Shown one piece after another: positions 52,042 to 61,572 of a stretch of 64,000 bases of DNA. The notes beneath the pieces were generated by a model, which saw only the letters and a program-made list of their open reading frames with translations, was not told where the DNA came from and ran no database searches. Numbering within the stretch: the first letter of the stretch is position 1; each line of letters begins with the position of its first letter. The stretch covers positions 1,504,001 to 1,568,000 of the forward strand of contig CBDCYI010000004.1 in assembly GCA_965224085.1 (NCBI GenBank), read 5' to 3'. This DNA comes from Candidatus Marinacidobacterales bacterium. GTDB lineage: Bacteria > Acidobacteriota > Vicinamibacteria > Marinacidobacterales > SMYC01. The translations under genes were made by a program, and so were the position numbers.

Positions 52042-52631
52042 ACGCGTTTCGCGCTTTTCTGGAGAATCTGAAGAAGAGACAAAAGGCGTTCGTCCGCCTC
52101 TTGATTCTACTCGTCGTGAACGGTGTGCTCTTCGCAGCCGTGACCTATCGGCTCGCCAACAAGCAGGAGCTCCTCGCCGACGAACAAGAACGGCTGAGAT
52201 TCGAGCTCGAAGAGAAACAGACTGAGCTCGAAGCGCTGTCTTTGGAAGAAGCCCGGGCGACGGCCAACACGAACGCCGTCACCGATTTCTGGGCCGATGT
52301 CGTCAAAACGCGCGTTCCGGGACTCACGGAAGCTTTGGAGGAGATCGACCGCCTCACCAAGGAATCGAATGTCATCAAAGGCCGCACCGCCTATGATCGC
52401 GACTTGATGGATGTCGGCCTCGAGCAGATCAAAGCCACCATGCCGGTCGAGGGCACCTATTTCGACCTCGTGCGCTTCATCAACCGGCTCGAGCGCTCAG
52501 AGCGCTTCTTCCTCGTGGAGGAAGTGCGACTCGCGCAACGGGAGACTCAGGGGACGACGATCCGGCTCGATTGCAGCATTTCCTTCTACCTCAAGGCGGG
52601 GACGACAACCGCCGAGGAGGCTGGACCGTGA
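52038..52631 (+). CDS. PilO/GspM-like protein
   Basis: TM, coiled coil, GTYFDLVRFINRLE. Confidence 0.8.
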   Translation: MNAFRAFLENLKKRQKAFVRLLILLVVNGVLFAAVTYRLANKQELLADEQERLRFELEEKQTELEALSLEEARATANTNAVTDFWADVVKTRVPGLTEALEEIDRLTKESNVIKGRTAYDRDLMDVGLEQIKATMPVEGTYFDLVRFINRLERSERFFLVEEVRLAQRETQGTTIRLDCSISFYLKAGTTTAEEAGP

Positions 52632-53107
52632 CGCGTCACCATCGAGCCCACGCGAGCGGGTTCACTTATATCGAGCTCATTATCGCGACCATGATTCTCG
52701 TCATCCTCGCTGCAGCCATCATCCCCGTGGCGACGGTGAACTCCAAACGCGCCAAAGAGATGGAGCTTCGGCGCTCGTTGCGGATGATGCGCACCGCCAT
52801 CGACGAGTATAAGCGGGCGGTGGATCTCGGGATGATCGGCGGCGTCGATGTTCAGCTAGGGAGCGAAGGCTATCCCGAGGAGCTCGAGGTGCTCGTCGAA
52901 GGGGTCGCGCAAGTAGGGACACCCGGCAAGAAGCTCAAATTCCTGCGCCGCATTCCCGCCGATCCGATGACGAACGACACCGATTGGGGCCTCCGTTCCT
53001 ATCAGGACGAACACGATTCGCGATTTTGGGGCGGTCAAAACGTTTTCGACATTTATTCGAAGAGCGCGGGCGTCGCCCTGGATGGGACGAGCTATCGTGA
53101 TTGGTAG
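52628..53107 (+). CDS. Pseudopilin (GspG-like)
   Basis: Prepilin motif G|FTYIE; KFLRRIPADPMT. Confidence 0.9.
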   Translation: MTRHHRAHASGFTYIELIIATMILVILAAAIIPVATVNSKRAKEMELRRSLRMMRTAIDEYKRAVDLGMIGGVDVQLGSEGYPEELEVLVEGVAQVGTPGKKLKFLRRIPADPMTNDTDWGLRSYQDEHDSRFWGGQNVFDIYSKSAGVALDGTSYRDW

Positions 53108-53513
53108 ATTCGAGCGCGGGCCGTCGTCCAACAAGAGGGGTGGGTTTACGTTCATCGAGATGGTCATCGTCGTCGTGATGTTGTCCATCTTGATGGCGAT
53201 CGCAGTACCGGTTTACATGGCGCAGATACGGAGCACGCGCGAAAGCGTCCTCAAGAACAACCTCGCCACCATGCGCGAGCGGCTCGACCAATACCGCGCC
53301 GATCGCAACAAATATCCGTCGAGTCTTCAGGAGCTCGTCGAAGGTGGTTACCTACGCGACCTTCCCGAGGACCCGATGACAGGCGGGAACGAGTGGGAAG
53401 AGATCTATAACGACTACGATCCCAACGAGCCCGATGCGGAGCCCGGCATCTTCGACGTCCACAGCCGCTCCGCCGAGACTGGATCGGACGGAAGGCCTTA
53501 TAGCGAATGGTAG
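53097..53513 (+). CDS. Pseudopilin (GspG-like)
   Basis: Prepilin motif G|FTFIE; YPSSLQELV, DPMT. Confidence 0.9.
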   Translation: MIGRFERGPSSNKRGGFTFIEMVIVVVMLSILMAIAVPVYMAQIRSTRESVLKNNLATMRERLDQYRADRNKYPSSLQELVEGGYLRDLPEDPMTGGNEWEEIYNDYDPNEPDAEPGIFDVHSRSAETGSDGRPYSEW

Positions 53514-54064
53514 GGAGGCACGCAATACTCTACGGAGCCTTAGCTGTGTTTGCGCTGGCGCTCGCCTGTGGCTGCGCTTCCGAGCCGTCGGCGAGCTCGG
53601 AGCCGTCCGAGCGGCGCGCGCCACGACGTGGAGGCCGCACGGTGCAGCCCATCGACTCCGAGCTCGACTTGCAGGCCATGCTCTCGACCGTACCCGAGTA
53701 CGAAGGACAGGGGCGCAATCTCTTCATCTACGGACCCGAGCCGCCGACGCGGAGCGCCGCTCCGCCACCCCCGCCGACAAGGACGTCGCCAACGCGGCCG
53801 CCAGCGCCAACGACCGCGCCGCGTCAAGCGCCTCGTCCCAGCACCCGCTCGGACGTGAGATATGCGGGCTTCGTCGAGAAGACCACCCCCGCGGGCGGCA
53901 AGGCCAAGTATGCGATTTTTCTCGACGGCAACGAGATTCTCGCGGGCGCCGAAGGCGAGACCGTTGCCAACCGATTCACTGTGATCGAGATCGGCCTCGA
54001 ATCGGTGACCGTTTCCGCGGGAGGATCGAGCGCTACCCAGCGCATTCCGCTTCAGGCCAACTGA
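53507..54064 (+). CDS. Pro-rich lipoprotein, PilP/GspC-like position
   Basis: Lipobox-like LAC, GRNLF, Pro-rich linker, beta C-terminal domain. Confidence 0.65.
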   Translation: MVGRHAILYGALAVFALALACGCASEPSASSEPSERRAPRRGGRTVQPIDSELDLQAMLSTVPEYEGQGRNLFIYGPEPPTRSAAPPPPPTRTSPTRPPAPTTAPRQAPRPSTRSDVRYAGFVEKTTPAGGKAKYAIFLDGNEILAGAEGETVANRFTVIEIGLESVTVSAGGSSATQRIPLQAN

Positions 54065-54070
54065 GGAAAT

Positions 54071-56383
54071 ATGAGACGAACCCCACAGCATGCACGGCTC
54101 CTTCTGTCGATCATGGCGGTCGCGCTCGGCGTTTTTGCCTGTACCCCCGGTGGCGGCGCTTTTCGAAAAGGCCGCGACGCCGGCCAGAAAGGCGAATGGG
54201 ACGCGGCCGTCGTGTTCTACACGCGCGCCGTCAACGAGGACCCGAGCAACATCGAATATCGCTTGGGACTCGAGCGCGCTCTCATCGAGGCCTCCGCTTA
54301 TCACGTGCAGCAAGGCCAAAAACGCCTCGCCGCTGAAGAGCTGGAAGCAGCGATCGTGGAGCTCGATCTCGCCATGAGACTCGACCCGACGAACCGTTAC
54401 GCCGCCAGCATTCTCGAGGAGACTCGAGAGCGCCTTGCCGAGCGCAAAGCCGCCCAGGAAGACGCGGTGGATTTCGAGGAACGTAGGCGCCGTGCGCGCG
54501 AGCTCTTCGGCCAGCGCCCGATTCTCGAGCCGTCTTCGACCGCTCCGATCCAATTGAAGTTCGCCGAAGATACGAGCCTTCAAAAGATTTTCAAGGTCCT
54601 CTCGAAACTCTCGGGCATCAATGTCCTGTTCGATGAGTCGTTCCGCGACAAGCGAGTGACGGTGGACCTCGTGGACGTCTCTTTCGAAGAGACGCTCGAC
54701 AAGCTCGTTTTGATCAACCGGCTCTTCTACAAAGTCGTTGACTCATCGACGATCATCATCATCCCCGACAACGCGCAAAAGCATCGCCAGTATGACGACC
54801 TCGTCCTTCGAACGTTCTTCATCGTGAACGCGGAAGTGAACACGATCGCGAACATGCTCCGTACCATAGCCGGGATCCAACGCGTGCAGCCCAACCCCGA
54901 GCTGAAATCGATCACGGTAAGGGCCACGTTGGATCAAGTGGCCGTGGCCGACCGCATCGTCGAGCTGAACGACAAGACCAAGTCCGAGGTCCTGCTCGAC
55001 ATCGAGATCCTCGAGGTCAACCGCAACAAGATACTCGATTACGGGTTGCAGCTCGCGGAGCACGAGATCGGCCTTGGCTTCCTTCCGGCGGGAAGCGGCA
55101 CGAGCGCCGACGCGGATGCGGGCACCGCGGCGACGGGTATCCGGCTCAACCGCCTCACCTCGGTGGACTCCTCCGACTTTATTCTCGCTTTCCCAACAGC
55201 GGCATCCTTCCGCTTGTTCAAGAGCCGAGCCGAGGCCCGGCTTTTATCCGCGCCGAAGCTGCGCGCGAGTGAGGGCCAGCCCGCGGAGCTTAGGCTCGGC
55301 TCCGAAGTGCCCATCCCCGTGACTTCGTTCGTCTCGCAGTTCGGAACGCCTGGCGGCGTTCCCACAACACCGGTAACGTCGTTCCAATACCGCAATATCG
55401 GCATCAATATTGCGATCACGCCAAAAGTCTTCGTCGACGGCGAGATCGAGCTCCAGCTAAGCCTCGAGACGAGCACACAGCTCGATACGCGCGTCATCGG
55501 CGGTATCGAGCTTCCCGTTTTCGGCACGCGAAACGTGAACAACGTCGTGCATCTCCGGGACGGGGAAACGAACCTCATCGGCGGACTCATCCAGCAGGAG
55601 GATCGCCAGGCCATCTCGGGCATTCCCGGCCTGACGGATGTGCCGCTTCTCAGCAAACTGTTCGGCAACAACAGCGTGGAATCTGTGAGCGTAGATGTTG
55701 TCTTTTCCGTGACGCCGCACATCGTGCGAGCACCGCGCGTCACCGAGCGCGACCTCGCGCCCCTTGCGATGGGAACGGAGCAGCAGATCAAAGTACCCGG
55801 AGCCCGACCTTACATTTTCGACGCCGCACGCGATACAGAGCCGCCTCCTCCCGAAGAGGAGATCGGCGTCCCCGAGGAGGTCGTCGAGCAACCTGCAGAC
55901 GTCGCGCCTGCGCCGGAGCCGAGCACGGAGGACGCTGTCGCCCCTAACGACGTGACTACCGACGAGCGCGCCGGGCCCATCTCGATTCTCTTCAGCCCGT
56001 CCTCGGCGACGATCACCGTCGGCGAACAGGTCGACGTCGTCATTCTGGCCGGTGGCGCGCTAGGGTTGTCAGCCGGAGAGCTCACGATCACCTACGACGC
56101 CGCCGCGTTTCGTCTCTTCGATGTCGAGCCGGGCGCCTTCTTGACCATCGACGGCAAGCCCGTCGATTTCACACCGACCTTCAACCCCGGCCAAGTGCAT
56201 ATCGCCTTCGCGCGACAGGACGACACGACCGGGCTCCGCGGCTCGGGTCACTTAGTCCGATTGAGCTTCGAAGCGCTCACGCGCGGCCAGGCAGGCGTCA
56301 TCAGCGCGCGCGGCTCCCTTGTCGATCCGGATGGAACCACCATCCCGGCAAGTTTTTCTTCGCTACGCATCGAGGTCCCGTAA
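54071..56383 (+). CDS. Secretin (GspD-like) with N-terminal lipoprotein/TPR and C-terminal cohesin-like domain
   Basis: FAC lipobox, TPR, LLSAPKLRA, GETNLIGGLI, IPGLTDVPLL, then Ig-like G..SG.LVRLSF. Confidence 0.9.
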   Translation: MRRTPQHARLLLSIMAVALGVFACTPGGGAFRKGRDAGQKGEWDAAVVFYTRAVNEDPSNIEYRLGLERALIEASAYHVQQGQKRLAAEELEAAIVELDLAMRLDPTNRYAASILEETRERLAERKAAQEDAVDFEERRRRARELFGQRPILEPSSTAPIQLKFAEDTSLQKIFKVLSKLSGINVLFDESFRDKRVTVDLVDVSFEETLDKLVLINRLFYKVVDSSTIIIIPDNAQKHRQYDDLVLRTFFIVNAEVNTIANMLRTIAGIQRVQPNPELKSITVRATLDQVAVADRIVELNDKTKSEVLLDIEILEVNRNKILDYGLQLAEHEIGLGFLPAGSGTSADADAGTAATGIRLNRLTSVDSSDFILAFPTAASFRLFKSRAEARLLSAPKLRASEGQPAELRLGSEVPIPVTSFVSQFGTPGGVPTTPVTSFQYRNIGINIAITPKVFVDGEIELQLSLETSTQLDTRVIGGIELPVFGTRNVNNVVHLRDGETNLIGGLIQQEDRQAISGIPGLTDVPLLSKLFGNNSVESVSVDVVFSVTPHIVRAPRVTERDLAPLAMGTEQQIKVPGARPYIFDAARDTEPPPPEEEIGVPEEVVEQPADVAPAPEPSTEDAVAPNDVTTDERAGPISILFSPSSATITVGEQVDVVILAGGALGLSAGELTITYDAAAFRLFDVEPGAFLTIDGKPVDFTPTFNPGQVHIAFARQDDTTGLRGSGHLVRLSFEALTRGQAGVISARGSLVDPDGTTIPASFSSLRIEVP

Positions 56384-57630
56384 TGTTTCGAATACGACTC
56401 CGAATCCCCGTTGTACTGATCGCGGCGGCCCTCACGCTCGTTCAATGCAAGGCCGTGCCGCTCACGGCGCCCGGCGGGGCGAGCTTCACCATCACCGCCA
56501 ACCCGACATCGATCCCGGCGGTTGGCGGGACCTCCACGATCACTATCGTGATGTTCAAGGCCGCCGAAGATGGCGGTGGCACCGTGGCCGACGGTACGCA
56601 AATCTTTCTGACGACGAATCTCGGCGTCATCGAAGAACGCGTCGCGACCACGATCGGTATCGCGCGCGCCACGCTCCAAAGCAACGGCCGGGCGGGCACG
56701 GCGACGATCACCGCGGTCTCGGGAAATGTCACAGCGGAACCCGTCACGGTGGAGGTCGGCGCCGGCATCAATATCGTGATCACCGCCAATCCACCCACGG
56801 TGAGTCCGCCCGGCTTCACGACCGAGATCATCGCCACCGTTTTCGACAGCGACAACAGTCGCGTGGCAAACGTACCCATCATCTTCACCACTTCTGCAGG
56901 CGCTTTAGCGTCGCAGGGCGCAAGCCTCAGGACCAACGCGACCTGTCAGGCTTTCGATCGGTTGACGCTTCTGAACGAAGCCACCGCCTCGGTAACGGCT
57001 TTTTCGGGAGCGGTGGCTTCGAGTCCCGTCACCGTGGGCCGGGGCACCGTACCCGGGCCGCTCGTCACGTCGATCGCTCCGACGTCCGGTCTGCCAGGAC
57101 AGACACTCGAAGTAACCATCGATGGGCTCAACTTCCAGCCGGGAGCCGTCGTGAGCTTCGGTGAAGGGATCTCGGTGAACTCGGTAGAGTTCGTCAACTC
57201 GAACCAGCTCGTTGGGGAAATCACGATCGATTCAGACATCCAAAACACTTCCGCGTCCCGTACGGTGACGGTGACGAACCCAGACGGAACCAGCGGGAGC
57301 TTGCCGAGCGCGTTTCGTATCAACACGCCGAATCCGTCGCCCCTGATTACGAGCCTCAGCCCCACGCAAACGGCCGTGCGGGGAGCGCCCGGTGAGACGG
57401 TGTTCATCAATGGCCTCAACTTCCAGTCGGGAGCCCAAGTCACCTTCACCTCTGGCTCTGGATCCGTGAACGTCACCTTCACACAATTCAACAGCGCGTC
57501 TCAGATGGAAGTGGACATCATCGTGGATCCTGTAGCGAGCGGCGGCCCACCGGTAGGAACCATTTTTTCGGTACGCGTCATCAATCCCGACGGCCTTCAG
57601 AGCAATGCCGCGAACTTCACTACAAACTGA
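56383..57630 (+). CDS. Ig-like (Big/IPT-TIG) repeat surface lipoprotein
   Basis: LVQC lipobox; ITANP repeats; two IPT-type units (ITSxxP...GLNFQ.GA...V.NPDG). Confidence 0.8.
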   Translation: MFRIRLRIPVVLIAAALTLVQCKAVPLTAPGGASFTITANPTSIPAVGGTSTITIVMFKAAEDGGGTVADGTQIFLTTNLGVIEERVATTIGIARATLQSNGRAGTATITAVSGNVTAEPVTVEVGAGINIVITANPPTVSPPGFTTEIIATVFDSDNSRVANVPIIFTTSAGALASQGASLRTNATCQAFDRLTLLNEATASVTAFSGAVASSPVTVGRGTVPGPLVTSIAPTSGLPGQTLEVTIDGLNFQPGAVVSFGEGISVNSVEFVNSNQLVGEITIDSDIQNTSASRTVTVTNPDGTSGSLPSAFRINTPNPSPLITSLSPTQTAVRGAPGETVFINGLNFQSGAQVTFTSGSGSVNVTFTQFNSASQMEVDIIVDPVASGGPPVGTIFSVRVINPDGLQSNAANFTTN

Positions 57631-57631
57631 C

Positions 57632-58159
57632 ATGCGAGGCAAAGTGCCATTCTCGATCAACGCGCTCGTGAGCTTCTTCATCCTCCTCGGGGTCGTAGGC
57701 TGTAACGAGTTCCAGGAGCCTCTGCCCACCGCTCCGTTGCCGCCGCCGCCACTCGGTTTCAGCCAGTATCGAATCGTGGGGCATTGGGAGGCCGTTACCG
57801 AGCAAGGGCGCCGTATCGCATTCGACGTCACGTCAGACGGGCACGTCGTGAACGGGCGGCTCAACTTCCATCACGAGTGCAACGTCGGCCGCTGGCGCGC
57901 TACGGTCGACGGATTCACTGCGGAGATCGTCGACGACGCCTTCTTGACGTCCTTCGACTGGCGGAGAAGCGGCAACGGTTCTATTCTCGCCGGGCTCACG
58001 CTCTCCGGGACGTACACCGTCTCGGGAAAGTTCGATTCCGATGATCGGATGCGAGGCGGCCTCATCGACGCCGTCACCGACGTTCGCGAACGCGACCAGC
58101 CGACGGGTGTGGTCTGCCAGACCATCCACGTTCCGTTCGACGGAGAAAAGGATCCGTGA
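57632..58159 (+). CDS. Hypothetical lipoprotein
   Basis: VVGC lipobox, beta-rich, coupled within the operon. Confidence 0.65.
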   Translation: MRGKVPFSINALVSFFILLGVVGCNEFQEPLPTAPLPPPPLGFSQYRIVGHWEAVTEQGRRIAFDVTSDGHVVNGRLNFHHECNVGRWRATVDGFTAEIVDDAFLTSFDWRRSGNGSILAGLTLSGTYTVSGKFDSDDRMRGGLIDAVTDVRERDQPTGVVCQTIHVPFDGEKDP

Positions 58160-58794
58160 GAGCAGGCCTGCTACTTCTCGTCTTCTTCACCGGTCTCGTT
58201 TCGTCCGCGCGTGCGGACATCGCGGTCATGTCGGGCGGGAAAATCCTCTACATCGAACGGTTCGAGCGAGCCGATGAGGAGATTACCCTCTTTCTCGAAG
58301 GTGGTGGCGAAGTGACGATTCCTGCCGAGCTCGTCACGAACGTCGTGCCCAACGAGATCGTCGAGGATACGAGCCAAGCGCCGCAGGAGATACGCTTGCT
58401 GCCCCATCTCAGGGACCTGATCGAGCCGGCCGCCGCGAAGTACGCGCTCGATCCGAATCTCGTGGCGGCAGTCATCTGGGCCGAGTCGAGCGGGGACCCG
58501 AAAGCCATCTCGACGAAAGGTGCTTCAGGGCTCATGCAGCTCATGCCCGCTACCGCGCACGATATGGAGGTCTCGGACGTGCTCGACCCGAGCCAGAACG
58601 TCGATGGCGGCTCTCGCTATTTGCGGGCGATGCTCGACCGGCACGACGGGGATCTTTCTCTCGCGCTCGCGGCCTATAATGCGGGCCCGGAGGCCGTGCG
58701 AAAATATGGCGGCATCCCACCTTTTAGAGAGACGCAGAATTACGTCGGTAAAGTCATGCGCGCCTACGAGCGCGCCCGGGAGACGGACGAGTGA
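58156..58794 (+). CDS. Lytic transglycosylase (SLT domain)
   Basis: AESS, GASGLMQLMP, AAYNAG, PPFRETQNYV. Confidence 0.92.
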   Translation: MRAGLLLLVFFTGLVSSARADIAVMSGGKILYIERFERADEEITLFLEGGGEVTIPAELVTNVVPNEIVEDTSQAPQEIRLLPHLRDLIEPAAAKYALDPNLVAAVIWAESSGDPKAISTKGASGLMQLMPATAHDMEVSDVLDPSQNVDGGSRYLRAMLDRHDGDLSLALAAYNAGPEAVRKYGGIPPFRETQNYVGKVMRAYERARETDE

Positions 58795-59831
58795 ATCGCC
58801 ACGGTGAACGCGAACGAGGTTACGTTCTCTTCGGCATCGCGATCGGGCTCGTGATTCTCGGTATCGCGATGACGGCGGCGGTGCCGCTGTGGCAGAAGGT
58901 CTTGCAGCGCGAGCGTGAGCAGGAGCTCATCTTTCGCGGCTATCAGTACATGCAGGCCATCGAGCTTTATCAGCGAAAATATCCAGGTGCGTACCCCGCT
59001 GACACGGAGGTACTCTTCAAAGAAAAATTCTTGCGCAAGCTTTACACGGATCCGTTCTCGGAAGACGGCGGTGGCGCGTTCCGCATTCTCCAGCAAATGT
59101 CGCCCGAGCTCCAGCGAGGAGCGCTCGACCAGCAACGCGCGGCGGGCGAAGCGGCGGGCATTACGAGCTTGAACCGCAGCCAGGCGCGCATGCGCACCCC
59201 GGGAGGCCAGTCCTTGTCAGGCTCGGGCCAGAAGCCGGCTGGGGGTTTTCAATCGACTTTGGGACGTGGGGCCTCGGATGCGAGCATGGGCGGCATCGTC
59301 GGTGTCGCGAGCGCGAGCGACGAAGAGACGTTTTACAAAGTTCCGGGAAAAGAGAAGTACAAAGATTGGTTGTTCGTCTACGGCGCCCAGCAAGCCGGCA
59401 TAGGACAGGTGGGGCAAGTTGGACTCGGCCAAATCGAGCAGGCCCAGCAGGCCCGACCGGCCCGACGGGCCCGACAGACCGTTCAGGCCGGACAGGCCGG
59501 ACAGGCCCGACAGCGCACACAACCGAGCCCGTTCGGACAGCAGCCGGGAGGTGGAGGACAACAACGGCTTCCTGGCCAAAGCCAACGGAACGTGAGTCCT
59601 TTTCAAGGTCTGCCGCCTCCGCCGGGTTTCACGATCTTTCGTTTCGGCGCGTCACCCTCAGCAGGCGTGCCAGGTCAGGCGGTGCCAGGCCAACCGGGAA
59701 CGGGCTTGCCGGGTCAGCCCGGCTTGGGCGCTCCGGGAGCGAACGCTCCCGGACAAAGCGGCTTTGAAAAGCCCAGCGCGCGCCAGCCCAACTTGGGCCA
59801 ACCCGGCTCCCAACCCCGTCAGCAACGGTAG
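58791..59831 (+). CDS. Minor pseudopilin with long Gln/Gly/Pro-rich tail
   Basis: RG|YVLFG hydrophobic helix, REREQELIFRG, FLRKLYTDP, GGIVGVAS. Confidence 0.78.
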   Translation: MNRHGERERGYVLFGIAIGLVILGIAMTAAVPLWQKVLQREREQELIFRGYQYMQAIELYQRKYPGAYPADTEVLFKEKFLRKLYTDPFSEDGGGAFRILQQMSPELQRGALDQQRAAGEAAGITSLNRSQARMRTPGGQSLSGSGQKPAGGFQSTLGRGASDASMGGIVGVASASDEETFYKVPGKEKYKDWLFVYGAQQAGIGQVGQVGLGQIEQAQQARPARRARQTVQAGQAGQARQRTQPSPFGQQPGGGGQQRLPGQSQRNVSPFQGLPPPPGFTIFRFGASPSAGVPGQAVPGQPGTGLPGQPGLGAPGANAPGQSGFEKPSARQPNLGQPGSQPRQQR

Positions 59832-59849
59832 CGGAAACGCCCTGAAGCG

Positions 59850-60938
59850 ATGCGTATCGGCATCGACGCCCACCATCTGAACGGCAAACCTCAAGGGAGC
59901 CGCACGTATCTCATCGAGCTCATCCGAGCACTCGCGCCGATCGTCGACGCCCAAGACGAGCTCGACGTCTACAGCTTTGAGCCGATAGCGTCCGAAAGGC
60001 TCTTGGACGTGCGCGGCCCGAAACATCATCGCGTGTTCCCGAAGAGCGCGCGGGTGAGGCTGCCCTTCATCGTCCCGGCCCTCGAGCTCGTCCACGGCCT
60101 CAACCTCCTTCACTCGCAATACGTCTCCCCTCCTGTTTCCTTCGTCCCCGAAATCGTGACCATTCACGACGTGCTCTTCGAGACGCATCGGGAGCTGTTC
60201 GAAGGGGCGTTTTCGGAACGCTCGGTGCGCCTCATACGTCGCTCGGCCACGCGCGCTGCGGCCGTGCTCACGGTTTCGGAATATTCCAAGCAGGCCATCC
60301 TCGAGGCCTACGAGCTTCCGGAAGAGCGGGTTTGGGTGACCCCGAACGCGGTCGATCACGGTCGTTTCTACCCATTCGAGCCGCCGTTGGATTTACGCGC
60401 TCATTACGGGCTCGAAAGGCCGTTCGTTTTAGCCGTCGGACGGCTCGAGCCGCGCAAGAATCTGGAGAAGCTCGTGCGAGCTTTCTCCGCCCTACCCCGC
60501 GAGGTCACCTTGGCCATCGTCGGTATGTCCGATTTCCGCTTCGAAGCAATCCTCGACGCGACGAAAACCCTCCCGGACGGAACGGTGAAGCTTCTCGGCG
60601 CCGTTCCCGACGCACACCTCCCGGCGCTCTACAACCTCGCGGAAGCGCTCGCTTATCCGTCCTTGGCCGAGGGGTTCGGCCTGCCCGTCCTCGAGTCGAT
60701 GGCTTGCGGAACCCCGCTTTTGACGTCCGATCGAGGCGCGCTCTCCGAAGTGGCCGGCGATGCCGCCCTCTATATCGACCCGGAAGATGTCGATTCCATC
60801 GCGGACGGCCTCTCCCAGATCCTTACCGACAGCGAGCTGCGCGGGAAACTGAGCGCGGCCGGGCTCGCTCGTTCCAAGCGCTTCACTTGGGCGGAAACGG
60901 CGCAAAAAACGCTAGCCGCCTACCGGAGCGTCCTTTGA
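59850..60938 (+). CDS. Glycosyltransferase family 4
   Basis: VTIHD, GRLEPRKN, EGFGLPVLESMACG. Confidence 0.93.
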   Translation: MRIGIDAHHLNGKPQGSRTYLIELIRALAPIVDAQDELDVYSFEPIASERLLDVRGPKHHRVFPKSARVRLPFIVPALELVHGLNLLHSQYVSPPVSFVPEIVTIHDVLFETHRELFEGAFSERSVRLIRRSATRAAAVLTVSEYSKQAILEAYELPEERVWVTPNAVDHGRFYPFEPPLDLRAHYGLERPFVLAVGRLEPRKNLEKLVRAFSALPREVTLAIVGMSDFRFEAILDATKTLPDGTVKLLGAVPDAHLPALYNLAEALAYPSLAEGFGLPVLESMACGTPLLTSDRGALSEVAGDAALYIDPEDVDSIADGLSQILTDSELRGKLSAAGLARSKRFTWAETAQKTLAAYRSVL

Positions 60939-60964
60939 CAGCGTTCTGTCCGGGGTGCTAGGTT
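60935..60964 (+). promoter_or_regulatory. Putative sigma70 promoter now separated from its gene by IS200
   Basis: TTGACA-18 nt-TAGGTT with TGn extension. Confidence 0.5.
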
Positions 60965-60979
60965 AGAATTGAGCGGGTG

Positions 60980-61556
60980 CGCTCCATCGCCTAAAGGCGA
61001 TGGGTTCGCGGGCGACTAAAGTCGCCTAAAGGCGCACGGCGGAGGATTACTCGCTTACCCTGAACGACTCGTCGTCTTCCGGCAGCTCTCCTTGCAGCTC
61101 GATGTACTTGGCCACAACCTCATCGGTCACGTTTCCGCTCGTCGCTACAAAATAGCCGCGCGCCCACAGGTGCCGACCCCAAAACTTCTTGCGGATCGCT
61201 CGAAAATCACGCATCAGCTTGTGCGATGTCTTCCCCTTGATCGCCTGCATTACTCGGCTCGGCGACAGCCGTGGCGGCACGCTCAGCAACAGATGAACGT
61301 GCTCTGGCCGTACATGGCCCTTCAGTATTTCTATGTGGTGCGTCGCACAGATCTCTCTTATCAACTCCCGCAGGCGAAGTGCTACATCTCCTCTCAATAC
61401 CGGCTTGCGGTACTTCGGGATGAATACGAAATGGTAGTTTAATTGATACGTCGTGTGCGATGATTTCCGATATCCTTTCATCCGGGGATCGTACCGCAAG
61501 CCTCCTAAAGGCTTCGCCTGAAGGCGAGGGGTTTCAACCATCCCCGAGTGAGACAC
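60980..61556 (-). mobile_element. IS200/IS605-family element (TnpA only); ends approximate
   Basis: Subterminal hairpins CCATCGCC-TAAA-GGCGATGG, GGCGAC-TAAA-GTCGCC and CTTCGCC-TGAA-GGCGAGG. Confidence 0.8.
61047..61481 (-). CDS. tnpA: IS200 Y1 (HUH) transposase
   Basis: YHFVFIPKYRK, EHVHLL, LWARGYF, YIELQ. Confidence 0.94.
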   Translation of the reverse strand: MKGYRKSSHTTYQLNYHFVFIPKYRKPVLRGDVALRLRELIREICATHHIEILKGHVRPEHVHLLLSVPPRLSPSRVMQAIKGKTSHKLMRDFRAIRKKFWGRHLWARGYFVATSGNVTDEVVAKYIELQGELPEDDESFRVSE

Positions 61557-61572
61557 TAATGAGGAGAAACCC

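Noticed and set aside
60980-61556. TnpB/omega-RNA system in the IS200 element
   Set aside because: The element is about 580 bp and encodes only TnpA
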